From assembly GCA_001949185.1 (NCBI GenBank), contig BDGG01000016.1, positions 248,001-312,000 on the forward strand: a stretch of DNA of 64,000 nt. Direction: 5' to 3'. Shown here one piece after another: positions 13,603 to 34,300 of this stretch (position 1 is the first letter of the stretch; each line of letters opens with the position of its first letter). Made by a program: the position numbers and the translations under genes. Source of the DNA: Ramazzottius varieornatus. Taxonomy: Eukaryota; Animalia; Tardigrada. The notes beneath the pieces were generated by a model. That model was given only the letters and a program-made list of their open reading frames with translations. It was not told the DNA's origin and made no database searches.

Positions 13603-14816
13603 TCACATGTCGGTGTCGTATCTGGCTTTCGTCAGTGTGGTCAGTTCGCCGTCTTGGATGGACCGTAAGAATTCCACTTCCCGGTTCTTGATACCTTCCT
13701 TGACTTTGCAGTAGTTCGCAGAAAGGCAAATGAGGAAATGGACCTGAGAGAAGTAACAACATTTCCGTATTTATTCTTTCTCGTTTATCCGGCCGTCGTT
13801 CGTGCGTTGGCGAGAACCCATATATACGTACCAAACTGAGCACGACCACCAGGGCTGAGATGCAGGCAGCCAGATAAATATATTCCGTGTCTTTGACGGC
13901 TTGACACATCCTTTGGAATTCGCCACCGCATTTTGTGAAGCGGTTGATATCGTAATTTGGGTACGTCGTATTCGGGAATAAAAAGCCTGCAATTACAATA
14001 TTGGAAAAAGTTTTCGAAATTGGTTTTCTTATTGTTTTCCAAAGCAGCAGAGCAGCAGGGCGGTCAGCTGTCGAGTTTTTCGGTTCGCACGATTAGGTTG
14101 AGTTGATATTCTTACCGACGTTTTTGAAGGATATGCAGTATCCAAGGTCTTCCGACTCTCGGACAGCATGAGAGCATATCTGTGAGTACATCATGTAGAC
14201 GAAGGTAAGAATAATCATGAAGGCCAATATGCCCATCCAGATGAGATTCAGGAGGTAGGTTATCACAATACACTGAAATAAGTTAACCAGTGACATTTGA
14301 AACGCCATCTACACGCATAAATCAAAATCGAACACGGAAGTCCAGCTTACCACAGCAATACTGACGCGTCCACCAATCTTCCCTCTTCCGCCTTTGAAGA
14401 TCTGGTCCCTTGTAGCGCCGGTTGCAGCTATTCCAACCATCAAAAGCAGCAAGGAATATAGGGCCATGCATGCTGCGACTGTGATGAAGATTGTCCGGAT
14501 CGTGTCCATCCTAGGGAAATATACTCCGTTTGATAACCGTGTTATTGCAAGCCATCACAAATTTGTTTACTCTCCACTCACCAGTAGACTTTGAAGTGGA
14601 ACACTTCGTTAAACATGCGAATACTGTAGGAGACTCCAGCATACATCTGCGAGCAAAAGACGGCCACACCGACCACGCACAGCACTGTGGCGATCAGCGA
14701 CCCATAAGGAACTCGAGTGTAACAATCATAAGCTGGAAAAAGTCAAAAAATCATTACGCACCCAAGACTCAACATACCCGACTTTCCTTTGCAGGTTGCT
14801 TTATACCTGAACTCAT
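13603..14816 (-). CDS. M6: Neuronal membrane glycoprotein M6 / proteolipid protein (PLP/DM20) family
   Basis: Exons encode CYTRVPYGSLIATVLCVVGVAVF, GIAATGATRDQIFKGGRGKIGGRVSIAV, ITYLLNLIWMGIL and VHFLICLSANY...RYDTDM*, collinear with Drosophila M6. Four hydrophobic segments; stop TGA at 13603-13605. The start at 14816 is tentative. Confidence 0.88.
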
Positions 14817-16089
14817 TATTCGGAACGCTCAGCCAGATGAACCGAGTAAGCTTCGCAACAAGGCAGCGTAAGATTTCCGGAGGCTAGGATTCAACGACAA
14901 GCCAGCTGGAGGGATACGCAGAAAACACGGAATGCGCGAAACGATGTCTCGATTACATGTTCTTTGTTAGAACGAGTTGGCTTCCAGATAAACAGCTCGG
15001 AAAGTAAGTCGAATTCTTCTGTCCGCTGCTGCCACGGTAAGCATGGCTAAACAAGTATAGTAGTCAAGTCTCGCTGGATATTTCAGAATAACTGGACCGG
15101 CATCGATCGGTCAGCCAGACGGGCTCGATGGAGCAAAGCCTGCTGGAAGAGGAAGCTTCTGATGGCTAAATCAAGCAGCAGAAATGACCAGTGGCTCAAC
15201 TGGATACATAAATCAAACTGGTTATGAGTCTGGTGAAATAGCAAGGACATTCATCGGTGGAAGAGCAGTGCAAGCTCTGAATGTGGTACATTACTATCGA
15301 CAGTAAGGACTGTACAACTTTCGCTCTGCTGAAGCATGCTGTCGGGCAAGGAAGTAGCACGTATTTCCTCAAATAAAGTGAACCATTGACTGCTTGACAT
15401 GGAATAAAATTTACGGCGATAGCATTGAGTCAACAAATAAGTTCATAGATAAGGGCGTACACCTATTTGTATCCTGCGGCAGTTCAAAGATGGGCTTGGC
15501 TACGGCAGGAGCCCACCTTTGTCCTCTTCGACGACACTGTATGCCCCCCATCCGAGATAGCCGGATGTCTTCCGGGTTTTCAGAAGTGTCGTGCATGAGG
15601 GTACCGATCCATAATCCCCGAAGTCCTGCAGCGCCACCTGTATTAAATTGTCGATGAACTAAGTGCAAGGCCATACTCTAAAGACAATGCGGGCGCATGA
15701 TCAAGGGGCGAGTCAGAACCCCAACAAGCGCGATAAGAAATCTATCGTGCAGTGATCTGCCGTTTTTTTGTTTGGGTTCTTCGCTTCTTTATGGAATGTA
15801 TCTAGTGGAATCTCGTCCAAGTTGACGTCTACGATTCTGTTTCGGTTGAACTATATGAAATCCCGAATTTCATTGAATGGACTTGTTGGCTCAGATCGAC
15901 AATGACCTTCGCAATCGACCTACAGTTTTGAGGCTTCACGCGTACAAAAGGACCGAACCGTTCTGAATACTGGTTAGTTTTCAAACGTTTTGTTTTGTCC
16001 CTCCGAATATACTGTGCGTTTAGGCGGTTTGGTCTCGGCATGCTAAGAAGATCCGCCGGAACTTTAACAGATACGACCATTGATCTGAC

Positions 16090-16560
16090 GAGGAACCTCA
16101 ACATGTAGAATCTGAAATCGGTCGATTTTGCTGTTGTCGGTGGTTTCGGTCGAAGGAACTCAGCGTTCGGTTCACAAAACCATCTTGGACGCCAGCTCAC
16201 CGGTGTTTGCCTCAATGTTCGCGTCCAACAAGGAAGAAAATCGAACCGGAAGTTGCAAGATGTCCGAAATATCCACCTGGACCTTGGACGCCCTTCTGCG
16301 GTTCCTGTACTACGGCTTTGTGGGTATCCCGATGGATCAAGCCCCGGACGTACTGGAAGCAGCGGAACAGTACTACGAACTGCTGGACCCGAAAGGACAC
16401 TGAAGAGCGGTTGATCAGCGGTCTAAACCAGTAGAACGCGGTACACTTGCTGTTCACCGCCGAGAAGTTCCTTGCGGTGAAGCTGAAGGAAGCGGCTGTA
16501 CGACAACTTGCACTCGACGCCACCACCACCCTGCAGTCACAGAAATGCTGATGCGCTCTT
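16090..16560 (+). pseudogene. BTB/POZ(-BACK) SPOP-like pseudogene, intronless
   Basis: VHKTILDASSPVFASMF...LDALLRFLYYG...VLEAAEQY is a BTB signature. It continues after a frameshift and an in-frame TAG as EERLISGLNQ*NAVHLLFTAEKFLAVKLKEAAV (BACK-like). Confidence 0.75.
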
Positions 16561-17081
16561 CGGATCGGGGTATGCAGATCTCATCAAAGAAAGTTGTCGC
16601 TGCCATGCTGAGGAAAGCCACGGAAGTTCCGTAACCGGAAAGTCCTCCGAGAAGACGCACGAATCGCCGTTTTATGTTTGCATTACGAACAGATGCTGAT
16701 GCTAAATTTGAATGACAATAGTGAAAATAGCGTATCCTTCCGTTTAGCTACATAGTATCATGTTAACATCTTACTGCCACATCCTGAAACATTGATGTTC
16801 ATCCTCCAAAACAAAGCGGCAGTATCCTTAGCGCTCTAACAGCCGATACTAAACCAAATCTAAGTGAAAAGATAGCGGCTGAGTTCGCTAAGTACAATGT
16901 CACGCTTTGGTAAAATTAGTCGGCATCAAAGAATAGTCCGCTCAGTAACAGTAAAAGCGAGCCTACAGGACGGACCGCGTAATACGCAGGAAGGACAAAA
17001 TTCAAACTGGAACCACGAGGGAAACTACAAAAGAGAATGAAAAAACGTAGTACAGGAATTCACATGAATGAGAACTTAATT

Positions 17082-19042
17082 TCACAACAATCGTTTACGG
17101 CAGTTCTCCGCTCCACATCGACAGTCAATTTTGTACTTGGCGGTGCCCACTTCATAGTTGTAGTTCCACGTCATTTCCTCACCAGCTTTGATGAGACGGG
17201 ACGTAAAGAACCCAATGTGGTACACCAACGGACCGGTGTAGTCTCGTAGCATCGGCTGCGGGAACAAGTTCGGGTCACAAGAATGATCTAAAACAAGATC
17301 TTGTTTGTTAGTTTGTTCGAAGCAATCCAACATTTGGGACGTGGGCAAATGAATGGAACAGAATTATCGGCTGGTAGTATGCAACACTTAAGGGAAGAAT
17401 TTTGGTTCAAATCTTTTGCCCACGTTGCTGTTTTGGAATACGTACTCAGGAATCGGGTGAAGTTCCCAAAGTACTGGGCATCCAGCGTGAAGAGATCCTT
17501 GTAGTCCAGCGTTCCATTCTTCATCTGGTCTTGCGAGTTCCCTTCGTTCAGGTTGGTCAGCGTGAAGTAGTACGTGTCGGGTCGACCTGTTCGCCCTACG
17601 TCCCTCTCGGTCAGGAGCTGGCCAGTGTACATCCCGATGAATGCGCCTTTTGGAATATCGCAAACTGCTCGGACTCCATATCCCTTACCAGGAAAGTAGT
17701 ATAGCAGAACGCGCCAAGGGACTGTGCTGGAACTGACGCGGTTGCGACAAGTTGGAGGACACTTGCAGGAAGAACTGCATTCGGAAACACTGTGAAGGCA
17801 AAGACGAAAGTTTATAACGGTATATGACGGATGCATGGCTCGGGCTCTCTCCGGGCACAGAACATGGCGAAAGCATGGAGATCTTACTGCTTATTACAAT
17901 TAACCAGTAGTTAATTCCTTACTGACCATTTTTGGAATTTCAGTAACAGGCCATGCTGGAACCCTTCTTCGGCTTCGTCCTCATCGTTCAAGTGCTGGCA
18001 GAGGCAGGAAGAGCTGGAAGACGTGGAGCAGGGGCTGGAGCAATGGCACCATTCAGTGCGCTTCTTGGAGGAGCCTTTGGTCAGCCGTTCGTTTGCGGAT
18101 TCCGTCATGATGACTTTGTTAACATAGGTGAACTTGGCTGGGTTGTCCTTTACGTAGCAATTGAATGCTGCAACCTCGAACTGTGCGTTCTTGAGCGTTA
18201 AGGTTGTAGCTGACTTCACCTGCAAGAATACCGTGAAAGATAAGTTGGCCGACCAACGTCCAGCTGGAATCAAACAGCAGTGGCAGTTCGTTGATTTTGG
18301 TCGGCCGTGCGGTTTAACAAACGAACAGAAAGCTCTGTTTGCCACTTCACATAACTTCGGCGTACGGCCTGCCAAAGTCACATTTCGACTGGTTAATGTT
18401 ATTGTCATTTCCGCTCTACTGGCCAGCGTTCAGGAAGTCGGAAACTTACAGTATGTCGTGGTATGTAAATCTTGCTGCTAATGTCCAGGCCTACTTCGAA
18501 ACTGAAACACTGGATCGGAAGAATGGATTCGATGTGCAGGAGGAAATCGTCGACTTGCTCGAGTGAAGAGAGTGTCCTTCCACACGGCGTAACGTATGTA
18601 ACTCTTCGAGCAGCTTTTGATTCACCTACGAATAAAGAGATACTTCGTTCGAGCATTTGGCAAGCTAGAATTTAAGAAAACTCGTACTTCTCTTTCGCTC
18701 CCATCCAAAGAGTAATGGCAAGACCAACGGTGAATGAACGACTCGCGCGTACATTCGTAGAGCAGCGTCGCCTTCTCCACTTGGACGACAAACTGCTGGT
18801 GAGCAGTCGTGGGAACCGAGGGAAACTGGTCCATAGACAGGATACGAGTCGAATAGGTTGCAATGGGTAACTTCGAGGTGGTCGACGGAAGGAAACTGTG
18901 AGCGATGCTTGTAATCTTCTTCGTCGTCTGAGTCCATTGTAGGCTTCTTTGTCCGCTTGCTCCGAGGTTCTGTTACCTCTTGGGAACCATCTCTGCTTGC
19001 TGCGTCTTTCCAACCCGCTTTTGCCTTCCGTTTCGCCTCCAT
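17082..19042 (-). CDS. SETDB/eggless-family H3K9 methyltransferase-like protein (MBD + pre-SET + SET + post-SET); N-terminus uncertain, may extend to ~19400
   Basis: HDCSPAVC then SPLVLPLLFGWER / RVTYVTPCGRTLSSLEQVDDFL (SETDB-type MBD); Cys-rich pre-SET (CHCSSPC...ECSSSCKCPPTCRNRV); GKGYGVRA...GMYTGQ; spliced RFLNHSCDPNL; EEMTWNYNY; CRCGAENCRKRLL*. Confidence 0.85.
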
Positions 19043-19829
19043 AAGGTGAACCTGAAACAACCTGGAGGAGAAAAATCGACGTCAGATTTGAAATGGCAGA
19101 CTGCAGAGTGAGCAAACTTGTAAGTTGCAATGCACCTTCGGAAAATCGGAAAGACACTTTGCAATTTTACGAGAGTTCCGTCTTGCAAATCAGGCAACTT
19201 CACCAGTCTGAATCAACTGGTTATGTTCAGTTCTTGTCCAGGTGCCGCCACTTGCTCGTCCGCGAGGACAGCAACTGCAAAGACAGACCCTTTCCGGCAG
19301 GTTGCTAAAGGCAGGCGTACGGCCAGCAGGCAATCCTCGATGGACGCAGAGTGAAATAGTACTGCGGAAAATACTTATCAACAAGTGTAAGGACGCTGGG
19401 ACGGAAAGAGGAAAGCTTGGCAGAACATCAGTACGGAACAGATGGTATGACTATGGTCCGTGGAAGTTTCGAATTGGAGAACGACTCGACGAGGTGACAA
19501 CTGCTATCACATCCACACCGGATTCTGACAGAAGTTCAGCGTTTGTGTCAACTCAGTAAACTCGTGATCGCTTCGGCCGGAAAGGACGGAGCTGTACTGT
19601 ACCTCGTTCGCGAACCTTATGAAACTGTTTCTTCGGCAATAAGTTAGTTAGCTAGAAGAGGAGAAACCTGTCATGCAGCAGGTGGTTTCGGCATATAAAG
19701 AACAGCATGACCAGACAAGTGCACCAAGAAAGCAACCGATGTGTACTAGAAACGAGTTACCAAGTGTAGAACAAGAGTGTTATCCGCTAGAAGAAAAAAA
19801 CAGCCAAATAACGGTATATTTGGGCAAAG

Positions 19830-23844
<4,015 letters not shown>

Positions 23845-24084
23845 CTATGGAGATCCCGACTCGGCTATCGTCCTTTTCTCCCGTCAAAACTACGAACAAC
23901 CGACTTACTTACCTTTCCAGACGTCCCGTGAGCGGATGAACAAACGTCCAAGGATAAGTTAAACCGGTGAGAGCTGCGAAAGGAACTTTTCTAAAAATGG
24001 AGAATTGAGAGATTTCCGAGGTAAGAAATTCAAGGCTTGAGAATCGACTCAGATCAAAATCAACTGGTTTCATGACGCAGAATG

Positions 24085-24104
24085 GAATTTTCTCGAGAAA
24101 ATTC
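24085..24104. promoter_or_regulatory. Heat-shock-element-like perfect palindrome upstream of Hsp110
   Basis: GAATTTTCTCGAGAAAATTC is a perfect 20-bp palindrome containing alternating nGAAn/nTTCn units. It lies just upstream of the inferred Hsp110 5'UTR exon (intron donor at ~23912 on -). Confidence 0.55.
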
Positions 24105-24772
24105 GAAGCCACCATCCCAGTTCCACACGAATGAATCACTGCAAAGCCTGTGGAAGTCCACTCGTGTTGTACACGAGTATACACATGCCGCAATGCTGAG
24201 GCCACGGGAGCGCGTGGGTGGGTAGCCTACCATGATGAATAGGTGAACACCGCCTAAAATCACCCTCGGTAGGTGTTGCTCCTGCTCCGTCACAGATACC
24301 GCGTGGCGATTATCCGTGAGTCACTGGGAGTGAATGTATTTAATACTCTGTGGAATTTCCACGTATGCGGTTATGTGACCGCTGACGTAACGGCTGGTCT
24401 GGTGTACAAGTCAGTATCAGTCAGCTGCCGGCTCTGCTCTATGACGACATCAACTTAGTCAACATGAAGTAGAGTTCCGCCCAGTCAGCGCCTTGCACAG
24501 GCAAAGGCGCACGCCTTTGTGGTTGTATATGGGCGGCGTGAGTAGGTTGCGCAACACTTGTTCATCCAATCAGTTGCTGCGACATGCAAGTGCATACAGA
24601 AACTCAAACTTCTTATGGCAGAACTGAAATTCTGATCTTGAATGAACGACTCTTTTGCAGTTCCGTCCTTTTCTGATGTTGCCTGCGACAAGACTACCTT
24701 CGCTGAAGTGCTTTTGTGGAATGTGGACTGTACTGCTCCTAGACTTGACCATTGGTCATCCCTGATCTCTGA

Positions 24773-29305
<4,533 letters not shown>

Positions 29306-29723
29306 TAATCATGTCTGTTCTAAGTGTGGAAGGATGTTGTTATATTGAAGTCTTCCGCGAGGTTGAATCCTTGTTGCCTTTTTCTACGATTGTCTTCTTG
29401 TTTTGTTTTCCTTTGCTCTCTCAAGTTTTAGTGATGCATGTTAACGATTTTATAGCTGGAGTACGGGCAGTATTAATGTGTTTGGTCGAAGGCCAGCGAG
29501 TGTGGTAAGCTCCTTATTTTTCTATCATACGTCCTCGAAGTTGGGATGCTGGTACTTCGGTAAATAATGGGGATACTTAATGGTTCCTAATGATAATTAT
29601 CGGGTTGCTCCGTAAGTACACAGTGCAACAACACGAGACCCGTTCCGGTTCGCCGGTAGAAGTCGTGCGGAGGACTTTCTGGGAAGATACCTTAGGAGAA
29701 AGATCGCGCAGTTGATCGCACCA

Positions 29724-29739
29724 CCGGTAGATGGCGCTG
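29724..29739 (+). promoter_or_regulatory. CTCF-like motif between Smad and DIP2
   Basis: CCGGTAGATGGCGCTG fits the CCRSYAGRKGGCRS consensus and lies outside coding sequence. A single motif match only. Confidence 0.35.
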
Positions 29740-31313
29740 ATCGGCGGTAACTTGAATACAGTGAGCTGTCGACCGAAAGTCCGATGCGAACAAAGTCACG
29801 GTATTCTTGCTTTGTGTTTTGAGAGCGAGTACAGCAAAAAATTCTGATGGATTTGCATACGCGATGACAATACGATAGACGCCGTGTTATTTCTCTGCGA
29901 GCTGGACAAACTTAAGGGCGACCTTATCCAGCTTGGCTTATGCATGCATGCTAGATGATTCCAGATGTTTCAAGGTCTCTGCACATGTACCTAAGTACCC
30001 CAAGTTTAAGTGTAGTTAAATTTACCGTCAATGTCATTCATTTAGCATTTATCCACACCGACAGTATACCGGCCAGGAATGCTCGATATTTTCACGCGAG
30101 TGTAGCCGCTTCAAATGACTCCTACCGCGATGTAATGCCACAGTCCAAAAACTTGGCAGGCGACCCCAAAGCGCAGCATGTGCCGTTGTAAAATCAGTTA
30201 CAGATAAGCACTGGCTCGTGGACTACGCGTGAAAACCGTTGGAGATTTAGTGAAACGTAACTAAATCTCAGATCGTAGACCGTTTCAAACGGTCGGGTAC
30301 GCTGTGAGCGTCGCCATAAACTATTGTGATCTGGCAAGAGGTGTGGCTGTTGAGAATTTAGAACGGACTTGCACGCGTGTTTCATACCACGATTTTTTGT
30401 GGTTAGTTAACCAAATGAGTTACATGGTCGCTCACACGTGGCGCTAAATATAGTGGACTGTGGTCAGTACACTGGCCTGTTCATTGGGCGTGTCTTTTCA
30501 TGGCGTTATGAGTAAAGCCTCACCGGCGCTTGATTGTTTATGTACGCCGTATTTACCCGAAGGTCAGCTGAAAGCTGTCGTTTTGATGGTAGCTGTTTTA
30601 TCAAAAGTTTGTATACATATGCCACTCGGGGTCCAGTTCATTTTCAAGCCGTAGGTTGCGTGTGTCATGTTGACGTCCGTTATCATCAAGTGACCAAACT
30701 TTCATCGAAAAGAGAGAGCGCCTTCATTCTTGCAGACAGTCAAATACCGTTTATGTCCTCGTCTGAGTGTATACACCACACCGCCGTTCACTTGGATATT
30801 TTCCATATCTGGGAGTAACCTAGCTTTGTTTGGTTAATGGGTCCTGCCGAGGTCATTCTGGGAGGAAAATCGATCCGCGAACGGCGGAAGGGACGTTTGA
30901 GTGTTCGAGTGTGACAACCAATTCAGATGAGGGTCCTTTATAAGTTTGTATGAAGTTCCGCGCATGAAAGTGGAGCTAGATTGGGTCCGGATCATCGGGA
31001 AATTTTCAAAAACGTCCGAGAAGCTGGATACAATGACGCCCCGGTGGAAATCCAGGTGAACATGTCATGCTTTTCCGTGTTGCGGGATCTATCTGGTCAG
31101 TGTGATGGAAGCGTGATCGAGTACGCGAAGTTGTGTTCCGGATGGATATATCTGGTAGACGAATCAATCAGTGTTTCTATTGATTGCCCACTGGCTCTTT
31201 GTTGACTATCGATTTGCCAGTGCGTTGTTACATCGATTGTGTCAGCTTGAATCTCTCATCCTGAATTTCATCTCTTTGCTCAGTCGTCCGGAGCTGCTTC
31301 GCCAGGACGCTTG

Positions 31314-34300
31314 ATGGATATCTGGGAGAAGCGCAATCAGAGCAGTTATCAAATGGAGCCAGCAAAAATGGATACTTCGAGCACTGTGGAATCTAATCAC
31401 ACTAGCAGCATCATCGTGCTGGAACATTCAAATGACGCGACTCATTTGGCTAACGGAAAGGATACTTTGTCTCATCTGAATGTCGGTACACTTCCTGCTG
31501 CTGTTCGCGAACGACTGGCCGAATTGGATGTGGAATTAAGCGAAGGTACACTGCGAACTTTGAAGCTCTGCACAGTTGCTTTCGCGCTATGCTTTGGTAT
31601 GCTTGATTGCTTCGCTAGGTAGTTTTGTTTGACTGAGCCCGTCTATGACGTCATGGTTTCTTCACCTCTCGACCCGGAAACCAAGTTGTTATCATGTTTT
31701 GTCGTGACGTCATGCGCCGCTTGACCTTGTTTTGCTGAATATGGTCCGTTGGCGTTTATTTTGATCTGTTTCCTCTATGTGCAGTTCTTTTTTCGAAGAT
31801 TATGTCCCTGGCGGTCACTGCACAGTGTTCAGCTGACCAATGGCTAGATCCACATGGAAGATGGAAACAGTCGCTAATTGTGCTAATATAGAACAAAACG
31901 AGGGAATGATCGATTTGATCGTGGTGGGATAAGTATCATCTGTTTCTGCACGTTGATTCCCCTCTGCCTTCGCGCCGTGTTAATTTGTTAAGTAGCAGGT
32001 GAAAGCAGAGATCCTTCTACAGTATAACGAGGATGACCACTTCCCCGCTCCGATTCTCCAACCCGATATTTTCTCTTTCGTAAGGTAAACACTGAAACTT
32101 CCACGGAATTGTCAACTTTGCATTCTTCTCGTCATAGTTCAACTGCGACATTGCTTCCGTTCTGTTCTCTGTTGAAGAAAGTACAAAGCTCTCGTTTAGT
32201 ATGCAGTGGGAAACAGACAATCTGGTTTAGCCTGCCTAAACGGAAAGCCATTAGTCAGCACATTCAAGCATCATCAAGCTTTATCCAGTTAATACGCATT
32301 GCAAAAGCAGCTTTGTTCAAAGCGTAACAGGATCAATTTCCTGAAATAACGAAACAGTAATTTCGTTCGAGTATTCCGCACATTATGAACAATCCATTCT
32401 CATCCATTCGTCAAAATCAAAATTTAGCCGAAGACAGCAACGTACATCATGGGAACGAGGAACTCAGAACGCTATCTGGACGAAATCGCGCACATAATTG
32501 TTAGCCCTTCGAGCACTTACCACGTAATTTTGAATGTTGCGCGCCAGTTAACCTGGGAGATTTTGAATTTGCTCAGAAACTCGCAAGTCCGTGGACTGTA
32601 TTAATGATTTCAAATTTCGGCTGGTGATTATAACTGATTGTCCACCTGCCATGTCGACTCACACGTAGGTAGGTCTCTGCGATCGCGAGATGAATAGGTG
32701 GGGGAAAAAGAAGCTGTCAAGGGAAATTGACTGATGGTGTGAAACTTTAAAACAACATCTTTTTTTCTTCTGGTTCTCACTAGAACCTGATCGTTACTAT
32801 TGCTCGATGACAGCATGTGTAACCTTAAACCCTGTAAAATATACTTTCACGTTTTGGCCGCCAGCTGTGACCGTGACCGGCTCAGCTTTCACGACCCGAG
32901 CGAAAAGTTGGTCCTTTGCAGGAAATTGTGGCACACTGAAATTGTCTGGTTGTTTGTTATTTCTGGGTTGCAAAGTGATTGCAAATTACATCATTTTGAG
33001 TTCTTTCCCGCAGCTGTGCGATGGTGTGAGTGACATCTTTTTCCTCCTCGATTGTTGATGTGTTCGTGCTCAAGTGCTTCTGCTTGCTTTGCTGGCTTTG
33101 CAGTACCCGCGCACTTGTTTTGTTTAGAAACGACATTGTATACCAGTTGCGCCTTTCATACTCTCGTCTTCGACATTTGTTGCTGATACACTCTCTCCTT
33201 TTCCGGATTTATTCTAGGTGACATAACGGAAAAGGGCTATCTTAAGAAACGAGCCAAACTACTCCAGTCCTTCACGACTCCTTCTAGTGCGACTGTCAAT
33301 AACGTTGGCGGTTCTCCTCCTCTTCCTGTTTCTTCTTCCTTGTCTACCGAATCTACTTCTGCCTCTGCTGCTCCACCAAGTGCTCCTTCTGTTCTATCGG
33401 CTATCTCGATAATCGATACGAGTACAGGTATGTCATTTACATACAGTTTCAAGTAAGCGGAAAAGTTGATGAATGAAGTCGCTGCGCGTACCCATCGGGG
33501 TATCAATAGACAGCCGAAGTGTTGCTCGTAAATTATGCAGGTAATTTATAGTGCGATTGAATTTTCCGAATACGTCTGCGGGTCTCAAAGATGGATGAAG
33601 ATAAAAGTGCGAGTTTCAAAGACTGATGATAAGAGTTGACCATATCTCACGTTTCAGTTAGGCGAGTGGACAAGACAGACGCTTGTATCGCTTTCTAGCT
33701 TATCTTCGTGATAGTGACCATCTGTCTTTTGCTGGGCGTTTGCACCACTTGTTATTGTTTGTCACGCCGAACAAAAATTATCGGCTTTTAAGGGCTGTGT
33801 TTGTTCCGGCTGCCAAGAATTTTAAACAAGATAGAAGCGATCAAACTTCGTCTTACACGAGACAAGATAACCCAGTTTTAAACCCAGCTGGGTTGATACA
33901 TTGAACTACCCACATGAACTGGCGCAAAATATGCCCAAACACGGCTCTTAGCCAAGTTCTTCGAATGAGCTAGCGCCAATTCAGGCGGGCATGTGCTCGG
34001 AGCTAGCCTCAGCAAGCGCATATCCAACGATGACTCTCGCGCATGGATGCGCGAGGACTTCAGGGTTGTGTAGGTGTCACTCGTATCAAGTCGCGCGTCT
34101 TTGGTTTTGTGATTTTCGCGTTGCGCAAATTGAGTTGGGTAGCGTATTGTCTCTGGGATTAGGAAAAGGATTCAATAAGTGGCCAGATCGACACCTTTGG
34201 GATTAGGGTGGTCTAAACGTTGAGCACGGGGTGAAGGAATTCTGTGGAGTATGCACCGGTTGACCCAATTTTGAGTTGACAAGCATGGAGTTATCTTGAC

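Noticed and set aside
16816-16906. Imperfect inverted repeat (GCGGCAGTATCCTTAGCG...CGCTAAGTACAATGTCACGC)
   Set aside because: Single copy, low arm identity and no TSD; cannot be distinguished from an old MITE relic or chance.
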